In this document: positions 1-10,803 of the stretch, one piece after another
Numbering within the stretch: the first letter of the stretch is position 1
How the letters are laid out: every line of letters starts with the position of its first letter
Assembly (NCBI GenBank): GCA_018400015.1
Contig: JAGYNB010000001.1
Coordinates: 264,124 to 328,123, forward strand
Reading direction: 5' to 3'
Source of the DNA: Candidatus Omnitrophota bacterium
GTDB taxonomy: Bacteria; Omnitrophota; Gorgyraeia; Gygaellales; Gygaellaceae
DNA length: 64,000 nt
Translations under genes and position numbers: made by a program
The notes under the pieces: model-generated
Database searches by the model: none
The model's input: the letters and a program-made list of their open reading frames with translations, nothing else
Told to the model about the DNA's origin: nothing

Positions 1-34
1 ACTATAATTTTACAAGAAGGGGGTGTAGTAGATA

Positions 35-235
35 ATGGCAACAGGAACAGTTAAGTGGTTCAATAACCAAAAAGGTTATGGTTTTATAACTCCTGAGTCA
101 GGTAATGATGTTTTCGTACATCATACTGATATTCAAGGTGACGGTTACAAGTCTTTAGAAGAAGGTCAAAAAGTTGAGTTTGAAATTGCTCAAGGTCCTA
201 AAGGTGAACAAGCCAAGAACGTAGTAAAGTTATAA
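35..235 (+). CDS. cspA: Cold-shock protein
   Basis: GTVKWFN, KGYGFI (RNP1) and DVFVH (RNP2) motifs; 66 aa. Confidence 0.97.
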   Translation: MATGTVKWFNNQKGYGFITPESGNDVFVHHTDIQGDGYKSLEEGQKVEFEIAQGPKGEQAKNVVKL

Positions 236-252
236 CCATAAAGAAAAAAAAG

Positions 253-284
253 AAAGACCCGGGAATGTTCCCGGGTCTTTTCTT
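253..284 (+). terminator. Intrinsic terminator after cspA
   Basis: Inverted repeat AAAGACCCGGGAA/TTCCCGGGTCTTT followed by T-rich tail, with A-run on the other side. Confidence 0.85.
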
Positions 285-302
285 GAGAAGGGATAACCTA
301 AA

Positions 303-506
303 GTGCATACAGGAAAAGTTAAGAAACTTATAAGAGATAAAGGTTTTGGTTTTATTAAAGATGTAGACGGCAGGCAGGTTTTTTTTCATAAGAGCACGAT
401 AATCGATAATCGTTTTGATTCTTTAATTGAAGACCAGCTTGTTGAGTTTGAAGTTGAGAAGTCAGATAAAGGCCCACGCGCTTTTAATGTTAAAGTCTTG
501 GATTAA
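303..506 (+). CDS. Second cold-shock domain protein
   Basis: KGFGFI, VFFH and KGPRA motifs; GTG start. Confidence 0.92.
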   Translation: MHTGKVKKLIRDKGFGFIKDVDGRQVFFHKSTIIDNRFDSLIEDQLVEFEVEKSDKGPRAFNVKVLD

Positions 507-539
507 AAGCTAGATTACCAATCAGTTATTGATTTACCT

Positions 540-2108
540 ATGCTTGAACAGAACAAAAAAAGATACAGATTAAGAATAGTTATTCCTGCATATCCGGCGT
601 TTAATATTTATTCCTGCGTAGCTGATAAAACTACGGCTTTAGGGCCGGTTTGTGTAGCCAGTTCAGTAAATGAAATGTCGGGTTGGGATGTTGAGATAAT
701 TGATGAGAATAACCTGCGTATGTACGGTCCGCGTGCTCAAGATATTGGTGCAGATCATGAATTTTTACAGCAGTTAAGGCCTGCAGATGTGGTTGGTTTT
801 TATGGAGGCCTTACCAGTACAATTCCACGCCTTTACGATATAGCTAATTTTTATAAACAAAAAGGAGTAATTACGGTTGCCGGCGGCCAGCACTTTGCTC
901 AAGAAAATATTGCCGAGGCATTAAGTTCAGGGGTCGATTATGTGGTTATTGGAGAAGGTGAAGAGACGATTAAAGAGCTTCTTGTGGCGCTGCAGAATAA
1001 TAATGAGTTAGATTCGATTAAAGGCATTGCTTTTTTGGAGGATGGTAAGATAATTGAAACTTCTAAAAGAGAGCCTTTGATGGATTTTGACAATTTGCCA
1101 TTGCCTGATTTTTCTTTGGTGCGTTATGCAAAGATAAAGATGTATCCTGTGGAAAGAATCCGTGGCTGCGGCATGAATTGCGAATTTTGCACGGTAAAAG
1201 ATAAGCCGCGTTTTTCTTCTCCCGAGAGGCTTCTTGAGCGTATCAGTTATATTGTAGAAACTAAAGACGCCAGACATTTCTTTATAGTCGATGATTTATT
1301 TGGTCAACAAAGAGAAGAAACTATAAGATTTTGTAAGATGCTTAAGGATTATCAAGCGAATATCAACAGAAGGCTTGATTTCACGGTTCAGATAAGACTG
1401 GATAAGGCAAAAGATACCGAACTTTTGACTGTTATGCGCGAATCCGGCATAAATACAGTCGCCATTGGTTTCGAGTCCCCTATTGATGAAGAGCTAGAGG
1501 CAATGAATAAGCATCTTAAGGCGCAGGAAATGTTATCTCTTGTAAAGGTGTTTCATAGGTTTGGATTTTTGATCCATGGTATGTTTATTTTTTGCTATCC
1601 TATGAAGGAGGGGAATCATTTTGACATGTCCGTTGATGAAAGAGTAAAACGGATGAAGGATTTTGTAAAGAAAGCTAGAATTGATACTATACAGGTGATG
1701 TTGCCTGTCCCCCTTCCCGGAACCGAGTTAAGATCAAGGCTTGCGGCGCAGGGCCGCATATTTGCACTTAAAGATATAGGTTGGCAGTATTATGACGGTA
1801 ATTTCCCTCTTTTTATCCCCGATGAGCCTATGACTGCAGAGGATATGCAATGTTCCATAAGAAAGATCATGGGTAAGTTTTATCAGTTTAGGTATATGTT
1901 TATGGTGGTGGTTAGCATATTTTCTTTTCCGGCGATTGTGTTCTTTTTTAGCAATATTAAAAAAGGCTGGAGAATATGGTATCGTTTGTGGCGCAATACC
2001 TTGATTCGTTTTGGTGGTTGGATAACCATTAAGGGTTGGACAAGCGAATTTAAGAAAAATAAATTTTCTCAGCGTCTGCAACAGGCGCAAACACATCTAA
2101 AAGGTTAA
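540..2108 (+). CDS. B12-binding domain radical SAM protein
   Basis: N-terminal B12-binding-like region (GGQH, GEGE); RGCGMNCEFC; VDDLF; GFES; PLPGT; hydrophobic C-terminal segment. Confidence 0.9.
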   Translation: MLEQNKKRYRLRIVIPAYPAFNIYSCVADKTTALGPVCVASSVNEMSGWDVEIIDENNLRMYGPRAQDIGADHEFLQQLRPADVVGFYGGLTSTIPRLYDIANFYKQKGVITVAGGQHFAQENIAEALSSGVDYVVIGEGEETIKELLVALQNNNELDSIKGIAFLEDGKIIETSKREPLMDFDNLPLPDFSLVRYAKIKMYPVERIRGCGMNCEFCTVKDKPRFSSPERLLERISYIVETKDARHFFIVDDLFGQQREETIRFCKMLKDYQANINRRLDFTVQIRLDKAKDTELLTVMRESGINTVAIGFESPIDEELEAMNKHLKAQEMLSLVKVFHRFGFLIHGMFIFCYPMKEGNHFDMSVDERVKRMKDFVKKARIDTIQVMLPVPLPGTELRSRLAAQGRIFALKDIGWQYYDGNFPLFIPDEPMTAEDMQCSIRKIMGKFYQFRYMFMVVVSIFSFPAIVFFFSNIKKGWRIWYRLWRNTLIRFGGWITIKGWTSEFKKNKFSQRLQQAQTHLKG

Positions 2109-2234
2109 TTCGTAATAAGCCGCGTTAATATTCAAGCTCAGTTTTTCCAATAAAGTTATGGTTAGCTTTTTGATTTTTCTTATTCAATATGATAGAATAC
2201 ATCCAAGTCAATCAAATAAATTATTATTAAGCCT

Positions 2235-2894
2235 GTGATGTCTTTAGATGCTATAAAAATAAGAAGACTAGAAAAGAAAGATATCCCTACTTTAAGAAAG
2301 TTGGCTGCTGATACTGCATATTTTGGCAGTGCCTGCGAGAATTTTTTTCCTGACAGAGAGTTTTTGTCGGTTTTAATCATGGATTATTATCTATTTTTTG
2401 AACCTGAGCATACTTGGGTGGCAGATGACAATGGAGAGGCTGTTGGCTATCTTTCTGCAGGGTTTGATGAATCTTCATATGCAAAGTATATGTTAAGATA
2501 CATGCCGAAATATTTTTTAAGATTTTTAATAAAAGGCGGCCTTTTTGATAAAAGGACAATAAAATTAATCTGGTATAATCTGTTGGTTGCGATCAATAAA
2601 CAGAATCAGCTAAAAAAAATTGACTATAGTAAATACCCAGTACATATCCACCAGAATATGAAACAGGGATATCGAGGTAAAGGTATCGGTAGCGGTTTGG
2701 TAAAGGCTTTTTTAGAATTTGTAGATAATAAAAAGTTTGGTGTTCATTTTCGCGCATTACGAGAGGTCGATAATTTTGCCTTTTTCGAAAGGTACGGTTT
2801 TAGAAAAATAGATTATAAAAGGGTTCCTATTTGGGAGAAGTGGCTTAATAGGAGCCCGCTTTATTTTATGGAATATGTAAGAGAAAGCGCATGA
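2235..2894 (+). CDS. GNAT family N-acetyltransferase
   Basis: YRGKGIGSGL acetyl-CoA motif A; FFERYGF; PVHIHQN. Confidence 0.8.
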   Translation: MMSLDAIKIRRLEKKDIPTLRKLAADTAYFGSACENFFPDREFLSVLIMDYYLFFEPEHTWVADDNGEAVGYLSAGFDESSYAKYMLRYMPKYFLRFLIKGGLFDKRTIKLIWYNLLVAINKQNQLKKIDYSKYPVHIHQNMKQGYRGKGIGSGLVKAFLEFVDNKKFGVHFRALREVDNFAFFERYGFRKIDYKRVPIWEKWLNRSPLYFMEYVRESA

Positions 2895-3541
2895 TAGACA
2901 AAGTTATTAGTAAAGAATCCCTCCAGACAGGAATAAAGCGTATTTCACTTACCTTTGATGATGGCCCGGATAGGCTTTATACGCCCAAGATTCTAGATAT
3001 CTTAAGAGATTTTAATATAAAAGCAACTTTTTTCGTTGTGGGTAAAAATGCCCAGAATAACCCTGATATAATCACTCGTATCAACAAAGAAGGCCATGAT
3101 ATCGGTAATCATACATTTAGGCATCCGGTAAGCCCGCTTTTACTGAGGAGGAAGAACTTCATTAGGGAAGAGATTCTAAAAACTAACCGTATATTAAACA
3201 AGATCTTAGGCAAGATCCCGCTTTTTTTCCGTCCGCCTCTTGCAAGGTGGGATGCCTCAAGCAAGGATTTAATTTCTCAGGCAAGAAAGTTTGGCCACGT
3301 GAGCGTAGGTTGGTCGTGTTCTTCTGTTGATTGGATAGGCAGCCGCAAGATAATAGCAAATAAAATACTTAAGAATCCCAAAAAAGACGGCGATATTATA
3401 CTTTTGCATGACGGTGCGGAGAAAACATTCATCAAAAAAAGAAGCGCAACGGTAGAGATGCTTCCTGCGATTATCAAAGATTTACAAGAAAAATCTTTCC
3501 AGATGCTGTCATTAACCAAGTTGTTGTCTAATTTTCATTGA
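2891..3541 (+). CDS. Polysaccharide deacetylase (CE4/NodB family)
   Basis: LTFDDGP, GNHTFRH, FRPP, DW and LLHD motifs. Confidence 0.93.
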   Translation: MIDKVISKESLQTGIKRISLTFDDGPDRLYTPKILDILRDFNIKATFFVVGKNAQNNPDIITRINKEGHDIGNHTFRHPVSPLLLRRKNFIREEILKTNRILNKILGKIPLFFRPPLARWDASSKDLISQARKFGHVSVGWSCSSVDWIGSRKIIANKILKNPKKDGDIILLHDGAEKTFIKKRSATVEMLPAIIKDLQEKSFQMLSLTKLLSNFH

Positions 3542-3562
3542 TTAAAACATTAATAATATCTA

Positions 3563-3591
3563 TTGCAAAATAAAAGAGTATATTATAGAAT
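3563..3591 (+). promoter_or_regulatory. Sigma70-type promoter for ilvD
   Basis: TTGCAA-N17-TAGAAT. Confidence 0.55.
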
Positions 3592-3628
3592 ATGCTCGTC
3601 TTTATAAATCCTTCAAAGGGGTATCGTT

Positions 3629-5374
3629 ATGAAAAATAAGCCAATCAATAAAGGAATAGAAAATCTTCGAAAATCCGGTAGTAATGTTTATAAAAAAGGC
3701 GCGCAGATGTTGCCGTGTGTGTCTTTGATGATGGCAGAAGGAGTTTTGGACTCTGTTAAAGATTTAAAGAAGCCTTTTGTGACTATTGTCAATTCCTACA
3801 CTACGCATATACCCGGTCACGCCCATTTGGATAAGATCGGAGAAGTCGTAAAAAAACAGCTTGAAGGTATGGGTGTTAATGTTTGGTATGCTAATATTGG
3901 CGGTGCAATTTGTGACGGTATTGCCATGGGACATTTTGGGATGAAGTATTCGCTAGCTTCCCGCGAGCTTATTACTGACCAGATCGAAACGATTATCGCA
4001 GCGCATCCTTGCGATGCCTGGATTGGGATCGGCAATTGCGACAAAATCGTTCCGGGGATGTATAATGCCATGGTCAGGCTTAATATTCCGTCTATTTACG
4101 TAAGCGGCGGACCGATGCTTGCTGGTAAAAATAATACTGATTTAATATCTGTTTTTGAAGGTGTGGGAAAATACAGTGTAGGTAAACTTTCTAAGAAGTC
4201 ATTGGAAGAATTAACAGAAGTTGCCTGTCCAGGTTACGGTAGTTGTTCAGGGATGTTTACGGCTAATTCGATGAATTGTTTGGGTGAAGTATTAGGTTTT
4301 GCCTTATCCGGTAACGGCACAATTCCGGCAACAATCCGTGTGAAAGATAAAACCAGACAGTTTACGATTAACCCCCAAAGGATAAGCCTTGCGAAAAAAG
4401 CAGCCAGAACTTTGGTAGATTTAATGAAGAAAAATATTAGACCTCTAGATATTTTAACCAAAGACTCAATTGATAATGCTTTTGTTCTTGATATGGCTAT
4501 GGGTGGTTCTACCAACACAGTGCTGCATATCTTGGCTTTAGCGCATGAGGCAGGAATAGATTATGATTTAAACCGGATTAGTTATATTGCTAAAAATACG
4601 CCAAACGTAATAAAGATTGCTCCTTCAAGGCCAGAGGTTCATTTAGAACATGTTCACAAAATAGGCGGAATGGGAGCAATATTAAAATCAGTTGTTAAAT
4701 CTAAGAAAACGCCCTTGAAACTTAACGCAAAGACAGTTTACGGTAGTTTAAAGAATTATGTTTTAGGATCTCCAGAACCAGATGGCAATATTTTACGCAG
4801 TGTTGATAATGCTTTTTCCAAACAAGGCGGTTTGGCAATTCTTTTTGGCAATATTGCCAAAAAGGGTGCGGTGGTAAAAACCAGCGGTGTGGAAGCTGAC
4901 ATGATGCGTTTTACAGGACCAGCTAAGATATATAATTCTCAGGAAGAAGCATTAGAGGGTATTTTAAAAGGAGAAGTCAAAGACGGTGATGTGGTCATAA
5001 TTCGTTATGAAGGTCCAAAAGGCGGACCTGGTATGCAGGAAATGCTTTCTCCTACAGCGGCAATTAAAGGTGCAGGGATAAAGGCGGCGCTCATAACCGA
5101 CGGCAGATTTTCCGGAGGTACGCGCGGGTTATGCATAGGGCATGTTTCACCTGAAGCCGCATCCGGCGGCGAGATAGGTTTGTTAAAAAACAAAGATATA
5201 ATTGAAATCGATGTTGAGAAAAAATCATTAAACGCCAAGGTTTCTAGCCAAGAGTTTAAAAGAAGGGCCAAAGGTAAAAAACCCTTTGTCTGTAAGGTGG
5301 AGGGCGGTTGGCTTCGCAGGTATTCATATTTTGTCACTAGCGCAGACACTGGCGCAGTATTAAGCAATCCTTAA
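3629..5374 (+). CDS. ilvD: Dihydroxy-acid dehydratase
   Basis: [62 protein letters not shown]. Confidence 0.96.
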   Translation: MKNKPINKGIENLRKSGSNVYKKGAQMLPCVSLMMAEGVLDSVKDLKKPFVTIVNSYTTHIPGHAHLDKIGEVVKKQLEGMGVNVWYANIGGAICDGIAMGHFGMKYSLASRELITDQIETIIAAHPCDAWIGIGNCDKIVPGMYNAMVRLNIPSIYVSGGPMLAGKNNTDLISVFEGVGKYSVGKLSKKSLEELTEVACPGYGSCSGMFTANSMNCLGEVLGFALSGNGTIPATIRVKDKTRQFTINPQRISLAKKAARTLVDLMKKNIRPLDILTKDSIDNAFVLDMAMGGSTNTVLHILALAHEAGIDYDLNRISYIAKNTPNVIKIAPSRPEVHLEHVHKIGGMGAILKSVVKSKKTPLKLNAKTVYGSLKNYVLGSPEPDGNILRSVDNAFSKQGGLAILFGNIAKKGAVVKTSGVEADMMRFTGPAKIYNSQEEALEGILKGEVKDGDVVIIRYEGPKGGPGMQEMLSPTAAIKGAGIKAALITDGRFSGGTRGLCIGHVSPEAASGGEIGLLKNKDIIEIDVEKKSLNAKVSSQEFKRRAKGKKPFVCKVEGGWLRRYSYFVTSADTGAVLSNP

Positions 5375-5385
5375 ATAGAATATTT

Positions 5386-6516
5386 ATGCAAAAAGTTTTT
5401 AAACGTAATCTTAAAATTATAAGCGTACTTATACTTTTGTACCTATTTTTAGTAAGTATAAAGATGATGGGTAGTTCTTTTAAGATGTTTGGTTCCGGAT
5501 TCGCTGAACGTCTGATTTGTTCCTGCAGTAATCCTATTGTAGGCCTATTTATCGGGATTTTGGTTACAAGCATAATACAGAGTTCTTCCACCACCACCTC
5601 CTTAGTAGTTGGTTTTGTTGGAGGGGGAATGCTTCCGATTGGGTATGCTATTCCGATTATTATGGGAGCGAATATCGGCACAACTATTACCAATAGTCTT
5701 GTATCGTTGTCTTTTGTAACCAGAAGAGAGGATTTTAGAAGGGCTTTTTCCGGAGCAACCATGCATGATTTCTTTAATCTCTGTTCGGTAATCCTGTTTT
5801 TGCCTTTAGAATTGAAATTCCACTTTCTGCAGCGGTCAGCTTTATTTCTAACGAAAATATTCGAGACAGTCGGCGGGGTAAGATTTACAAGCCCTTTAAA
5901 GATAATAATCGATCCGATTATAGATTTAATTGAACACTTACTAAAGAATGTTATACATACTCCTGATATTGCCTGCGGGGTTATAATGCTTTCGGTTTCG
6001 GTAATTGTAATGATATTTTCTCTTGTATATATCGTTAAAGTTATGCGTTCTTTGATTATTTCCAAGACCGAAGGTTTTATCCATAAATATCTTTTTAGGA
6101 ATGACGCTACGGCATTTGTATTGGCTTTGTTATTGACAGCGGTAGTACAAAGCAGTTCGGTTACCACGGCTTTAGTGGTGCCGTTAATTGGAGCAGGTAT
6201 ACTTACGGTTTATCGGGCATATCCATATGTTTTGGGAGCAAATCTGGGGACTACTTTTACCGCGCTTTTAGCATCTTTAGCAACCGTGACTATTTTAAAC
6301 GGCAAGGCAGTAAATACTATCGGAATAACCGCTGCATTCGCTCACTTAATGTTTAATATCTGCGGAATTGTTGTTTTTTATCCTTTAAGAAAAATCCCCA
6401 TATATTTTGCAACTAAACTTTCTGATTTGGCATACCGTAAGAGAAGATGGGCGCTTGTTTATGTATTGGGGTTTTTTATTGTGATTCCTTTGGTTATGAT
6501 TTTCTTTGTTAAGTAA
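5386..6516 (+). CDS. Na+/phosphate symporter (NptA/SLC34 family)
   Basis: Two QSSS repeats each followed by GANIGTT/GANLGTT; multiple TM segments. Confidence 0.92.
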   Translation: MQKVFKRNLKIISVLILLYLFLVSIKMMGSSFKMFGSGFAERLICSCSNPIVGLFIGILVTSIIQSSSTTTSLVVGFVGGGMLPIGYAIPIIMGANIGTTITNSLVSLSFVTRREDFRRAFSGATMHDFFNLCSVILFLPLELKFHFLQRSALFLTKIFETVGGVRFTSPLKIIIDPIIDLIEHLLKNVIHTPDIACGVIMLSVSVIVMIFSLVYIVKVMRSLIISKTEGFIHKYLFRNDATAFVLALLLTAVVQSSSVTTALVVPLIGAGILTVYRAYPYVLGANLGTTFTALLASLATVTILNGKAVNTIGITAAFAHLMFNICGIVVFYPLRKIPIYFATKLSDLAYRKRRWALVYVLGFFIVIPLVMIFFVK

Positions 6517-6540
6517 ATTCAAAAGAAAGAGGTGGTTTAA

Positions 6541-7212
6541 ATGTTAAGAGAAATAATTGCTATCTGGAAGGGTGAAAGTTTTATGAATAAGGTGGTTGAG
6601 GAATTCGTCCAGATGCTTGAGGATGCCAATAGTGTTTTCGAAAAGTCATGGAGTGCATTTAAGGAAAATAATGTTAATGATCAGATAAAAAACGAGATTT
6701 ACGATAAAGATAAGTCCGTTAATAAAAGAGAACGCTCGATAAGGAGGATGCTTCTAGAGCATTTAAGCATAAATCCTCAGCAGGATGTTTCCGGGTGTCT
6801 TGCGATGATAAGTCTGGTAAAAGATGCAGAGCGTATAGGAGACTATGCTAAAAATATCTTTGAGGTGGCGATACTTATGTCTGAGGAATTGAAAGACATG
6901 AAGTATGTCTTTAGGCTTAGCGAAATCCAATCTAGGATTAATTTACATTTTGTGGCACTTTTTACGGCTTTTAAGGATTCCGATGAGGCTAGCGCAAAAA
7001 AGGTTTTGGATGATTATAAAGCTATTAAAGAACAGTGCAACAGCGTTTTAAATGATCTTTTGGGTGATTCTATGTCCAATAAAGAGGCAGTTTCAACTGC
7101 TTTGCTTTCCAGGTACCTCAAGAGGATAAACTCTCATATCAGCAATATTGCTTCAGGATTGGTCTATCCCTTGGATAGAATAGATTTCGTAAGGGGCGGT
7201 ATTTTAGAATAG
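6541..7212 (+). CDS. PhoU-domain protein
   Basis: KDAERIGDYAKNI and RYLKRINSHISNI helical repeats; directly after the phosphate symporter. Confidence 0.85.
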   Translation: MLREIIAIWKGESFMNKVVEEFVQMLEDANSVFEKSWSAFKENNVNDQIKNEIYDKDKSVNKRERSIRRMLLEHLSINPQQDVSGCLAMISLVKDAERIGDYAKNIFEVAILMSEELKDMKYVFRLSEIQSRINLHFVALFTAFKDSDEASAKKVLDDYKAIKEQCNSVLNDLLGDSMSNKEAVSTALLSRYLKRINSHISNIASGLVYPLDRIDFVRGGILE

Positions 7213-7222
7213 GCAAGCTTCA

Positions 7223-7251
7223 TTGACTAAATTCAGGTAGCGTACTATAAT
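7223..7251 (+). promoter_or_regulatory. Sigma70-type promoter for the histidine kinase
   Basis: TTGACT-N17-TATAAT. Confidence 0.65.
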
Positions 7252-7296
7252 TATATCAACAGGCGATTTCTTGAGAAAGCCTATAATAATCCTATC

Positions 7297-10200
7297 ATGA
7301 ATCAAGCTGTCCAAAAAAGATTATCTGCAAAATACAACAAATTAAATTCATTCACCATGTATAAAACTACAATCGACTCTATGGCTGATGCCATACACGT
7401 CATTGATCGGGATTTTAATATTGTCATATTCAATAAACAATTTAAAAGATGGAACCGTATTCTAAAACTAGAGACTAAAGCTGTGGGAAAGAAGCTTTTT
7501 GATATTTATCCATTCTTGCCAAAGAAAGTTTTGTATGAGTATAAACAGGTTTTTGAAACGGGAAAGGTTTTATCTACAGAAGAATCCAATGTTATAAACA
7601 ATAAAGAATATGTTACTGAAACACGTAAGATCCCTGTTGTCGAAAAAGGGGAAGTTGTAAATATTATTACCGTAGTGCGGGATATTACCGAGCGTAAAAC
7701 AAAAGAAAAAGAACTTCTGCTTAAGAATATGGCTATAGAATCTTCGATGGCAGGTTTTGCCATAGCGGATATGAAAGGTAAGCTGATTTCTGTAAACAAA
7801 GCCTTTTTAAAGATATGGGGATATAACAGTAAAAAACAGGTTTTGGGAAGACCGGTCAGTCAATTTTGGTTAACGGAAAGACAGGTTGTGGATGTCTTGC
7901 AAGACATAGGAGAAAATAGCGAGTATTTCGGAGAAATGGATGCAAAAAGAAAAAATGGTTCTTCTTTTGTCGCTAAGGTTTCAGCATGTCTTGTTAAAGA
8001 TAAAGATAATAAGTCCATTGCGATGATGGCTTATTTTATGGATGTTACCAAAGAAAAACAAATCAGAGAGAATTTAAAGGATTCGGAAGAAAAGTACCGG
8101 CTGGTTATGGAGAATATGAACGATTTGGTTTTTCAGATTTCTCCGCTTGGGTTCATTCAGTATGTAAGCCCGAAAGTTAAAGAGTTTTATGGTTATGATC
8201 CGCAGAAACTCATAGGCAAACATTTAAAGCAAACCACAGTTTTAAGTCAACTGCCTAAAGCTTTATTGATATTGAAACGTGTTTTAAGTGGTGATAGCAT
8301 AAGAGGTTTTGAAATAAGGCTTAAAGACAAAAAAGGTAAATCTACCGCAATGGAGATTAATATATCTCCGGTAATGAGTAATGGACGTATCATAGGTGCT
8401 CAAGGAGTGATGAGGGATGTTACCCACACCAGAAAGATTCAGCTTGCCATAAGAAAGAACGAACAGCTTCTTAAAGCTATTATAACCAACAGTCCAAACT
8501 GTGTTTATGCAAAAGATAGCAGGGACAGATTCATTTTAGTCAATAAAAAGATGGCTTCTTTGTTTTCGCTAACACCGGAGGATTTTATAAATAAAACCGT
8601 AGATGATATATTGAATAAGTTTGGTAAAAAGGCGAGAAATAAGTTTAAGAAGATGTTCGATACCGATAAGCAGGTTATCAGAGAAAAGAAAATAAGAGTT
8701 TATCCGCAGGATAATTTTGTATTTCCTAATGGGAAAGAACTTTGCTGTAGGGTGAATAAAATTCCTTTTGATACCGCTGATTACAGAAATTGTGTTTTAT
8801 GTATTGGGATCGATTTGACCGATTATAAAAAAGCTATTGAACAGGTAAGCCTTTTAAAGGAAAGAATAGAGTTTATTTTGGGAGCAACGAAAACCGGCCT
8901 AGATATTATCGACAGCGATTTTAATATTATTTATGTAGACCCGGTTTGGGCAAATAAATACGGTAATCCCATAGGCAGAAAATGTTATGAATATTTTATG
9001 AAACGTAAAACACCTTGTCTTGATTGCGGTGTGATAAAAGCTAAACGTACGAAAAAACCTGTAGTTTCAGATGAAGTCTTGGTTAGAGAAAAGAATAGGC
9101 TTGTGCAGGTAACAACTATTCCTTTTAATGACGGTAAAGGCAATCTGTTGTTTGCTGAGGTTAACGTCGATATCACCGAAAGAAAGAAATCAGAGGAAAA
9201 ATTGGCGGATTCCGAAAGAAGAATGGAAGAGCTTTATGAAAGCAGCCGTGATGGGTATGTATTCGTGGACATGCAAGGCAATGTAAAAGAATATAATAAT
9301 GCTTATAAGGATATGCTTGGCTATAGCGATAAAGAGATCGCCAAATTAAATTATAAAAAACTTACTCCTAAAAAATGGCACGCTATGGAAGATACGATTG
9401 TTAAAAATCAGATATTAAAGTACGGATTTTCCGAACTATATGAAAAAGAGTATATTAGAAAAGACGGTAAAGTTATTCCCGTAGAATTAAGGACTTATTT
9501 AGTAAGGGATGTTTTTGGTATGCCCGAGGGGATGTGGGCGTTTATTAGAGATATTTCGCGCAGAAAAGATATAGAAAATAAATTAAAACAGGCTTATGAT
9601 AGGTTAAAAACAACTCAGGACAGTCTTATCTTGTCAGAAAAACTTGCCGCATTGGGCAAGTTCTCATTAGGAATTGCTCATGAGGTAAAAAATCCTCTTG
9701 GTATTGCCCTGGGAGGAGTGGAATTCTTAGATCAAAAACTGGGCTCTAGTGATAAAGAAATTGCCATTACAACCAGCAAGATAAAAGACGCGCTTATGAG
9801 AGCGAATAAGATACTTTATTCGCTGTTGCAGTCGGCAAGGCCATCAAGTATGAATATCGCCGAAGGCGATATAAATGAATTGATTGATGATGTATTAAGC
9901 CTGGTAAGATTCAAGATCGATCCAAAAAATATAGTTATAGAAAAATCATATGCATTAGATTGTATAAATGTAATGATGGATAAATCCCAGATTCATCAGG
10001 TGATGTTTAATGTTTTTATGAATGCTATTGAGGCAATTGATAAAAAAGGCAAGATATCAGTAAAAACATATGTAAAATTATCAAACGATAACAAAAAACA
10101 ATGTGTGATAGAAATTATTGATACTGGCAAAGGGATAAAAAAGGATCATTTTTCTAAATTATTTGAGCCATTTTTTAGCACAAAAGACAAAGAAAAAGGT

Positions 10201-10317
10201 TTGGGGCTAGGGCTTATTATTGTTAAAAATATAATCGACAGGCACAAAGGGGCCTTTTCCATAAAAAGTCAGGCCAATAAGGGTACTTGTGTATTGGTTA
10301 CTTTACCTATGAACTAA
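7297..10317 (+). CDS. Soluble multi-PAS sensor histidine kinase (about six PAS domains)
   Basis: Repeated DITE/DVT PAS-PAC ends; H-box AHEVKNPL; N-box NAIEA; DTGKGI; FEPFF; GLGLGL; no TM helices. Confidence 0.95.
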   Translation: MNQAVQKRLSAKYNKLNSFTMYKTTIDSMADAIHVIDRDFNIVIFNKQFKRWNRILKLETKAVGKKLFDIYPFLPKKVLYEYKQVFETGKVLSTEESNVINNKEYVTETRKIPVVEKGEVVNIITVVRDITERKTKEKELLLKNMAIESSMAGFAIADMKGKLISVNKAFLKIWGYNSKKQVLGRPVSQFWLTERQVVDVLQDIGENSEYFGEMDAKRKNGSSFVAKVSACLVKDKDNKSIAMMAYFMDVTKEKQIRENLKDSEEKYRLVMENMNDLVFQISPLGFIQYVSPKVKEFYGYDPQKLIGKHLKQTTVLSQLPKALLILKRVLSGDSIRGFEIRLKDKKGKSTAMEINISPVMSNGRIIGAQGVMRDVTHTRKIQLAIRKNEQLLKAIITNSPNCVYAKDSRDRFILVNKKMASLFSLTPEDFINKTVDDILNKFGKKARNKFKKMFDTDKQVIREKKIRVYPQDNFVFPNGKELCCRVNKIPFDTADYRNCVLCIGIDLTDYKKAIEQVSLLKERIEFILGATKTGLDIIDSDFNIIYVDPVWANKYGNPIGRKCYEYFMKRKTPCLDCGVIKAKRTKKPVVSDEVLVREKNRLVQVTTIPFNDGKGNLLFAEVNVDITERKKSEEKLADSERRMEELYESSRDGYVFVDMQGNVKEYNNAYKDMLGYSDKEIAKLNYKKLTPKKWHAMEDTIVKNQILKYGFSELYEKEYIRKDGKVIPVELRTYLVRDVFGMPEGMWAFIRDISRRKDIENKLKQAYDRLKTTQDSLILSEKLAALGKFSLGIAHEVKNPLGIALGGVEFLDQKLGSSDKEIAITTSKIKDALMRANKILYSLLQSARPSSMNIAEGDINELIDDVLSLVRFKIDPKNIVIEKSYALDCINVMMDKSQIHQVMFNVFMNAIEAIDKKGKISVKTYVKLSNDNKKQCVIEIIDTGKGIKKDHFSKLFEPFFSTKDKEKGLGLGLIIVKNIIDRHKGAFSIKSQANKGTCVLVTLPMN

Positions 10318-10332
10318 AACAGGAGACGTTAG

Positions 10333-10701
10333 ATGAAAAAAATAATGATAGTTGATGATGAAAATGATTTTTGTTTTTTTATCAAGAAAAACCTAGAAAT
10401 TACCAAGTTGTTTGAGGTTGTAGTTTGTACAGATGCAAACAAAGCATTTAACGAGATAAAGAAAGAAAAACCAGACCTTGTTATTTTGGATGTGGCTATG
10501 CCTGGTAAAGATGGCAGCCAGATTGCTCAGGAAATAAAAGAAGATCCTGATCTTGTAAACCTGCCGTTTATATTTTTGACAGCTTTAGTTACTGGAGAAG
10601 AAGCAAAAAGGCAGGCTGATCAGAGTAAACGCCAGTATATATTCGCCAAACCTGTTGAAATACAAAGTCTTATCACCGCAATAAACAGAATTTTGAATTG
10701 A
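10333..10701 (+). CDS. Single-domain response regulator (receiver)
   Basis: IVDDE, LDVAMPGKDG, FLTA and KP motifs. Confidence 0.95.
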   Translation: MKKIMIVDDENDFCFFIKKNLEITKLFEVVVCTDANKAFNEIKKEKPDLVILDVAMPGKDGSQIAQEIKEDPDLVNLPFIFLTALVTGEEAKRQADQSKRQYIFAKPVEIQSLITAINRILN

Positions 10702-10730
10702 TCTGAAGTAATTCTAAGAAAGTTTAACCC

Positions 10731-10760
10731 TTGACAAGTGCAGGAAGTGTATGCTATACT
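10731..10760 (+). promoter_or_regulatory. Sigma70 promoter of the fur-led operon
   Basis: TTGACA-N18-TATACT with extended -10 TG. Confidence 0.7.
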
Positions 10761-10766
10761 TTAACT

Positions 10767-10785
10767 GGAAATGAAAATCATTTTC
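10767..10785. promoter_or_regulatory. Fur-box-like operator
   Basis: GGAAATGAAAATCATTTTC matches 15/19 positions of GATAATGATAATCATTATC; lies over the expected transcription start of a Fur-family gene. Confidence 0.75.
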
Positions 10786-10803
10786 AATAAGGGGATGAGA
10801 TAA

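Noticed and set aside
5337-6167. 276-aa minus-strand ORF
   Set aside because: Antisense shadow of the Na/Pi symporter with no recognisable motifs. The same applies to 18671-19234, 35313-35981, 55966-56493 and the other short opposite-strand ORFs.
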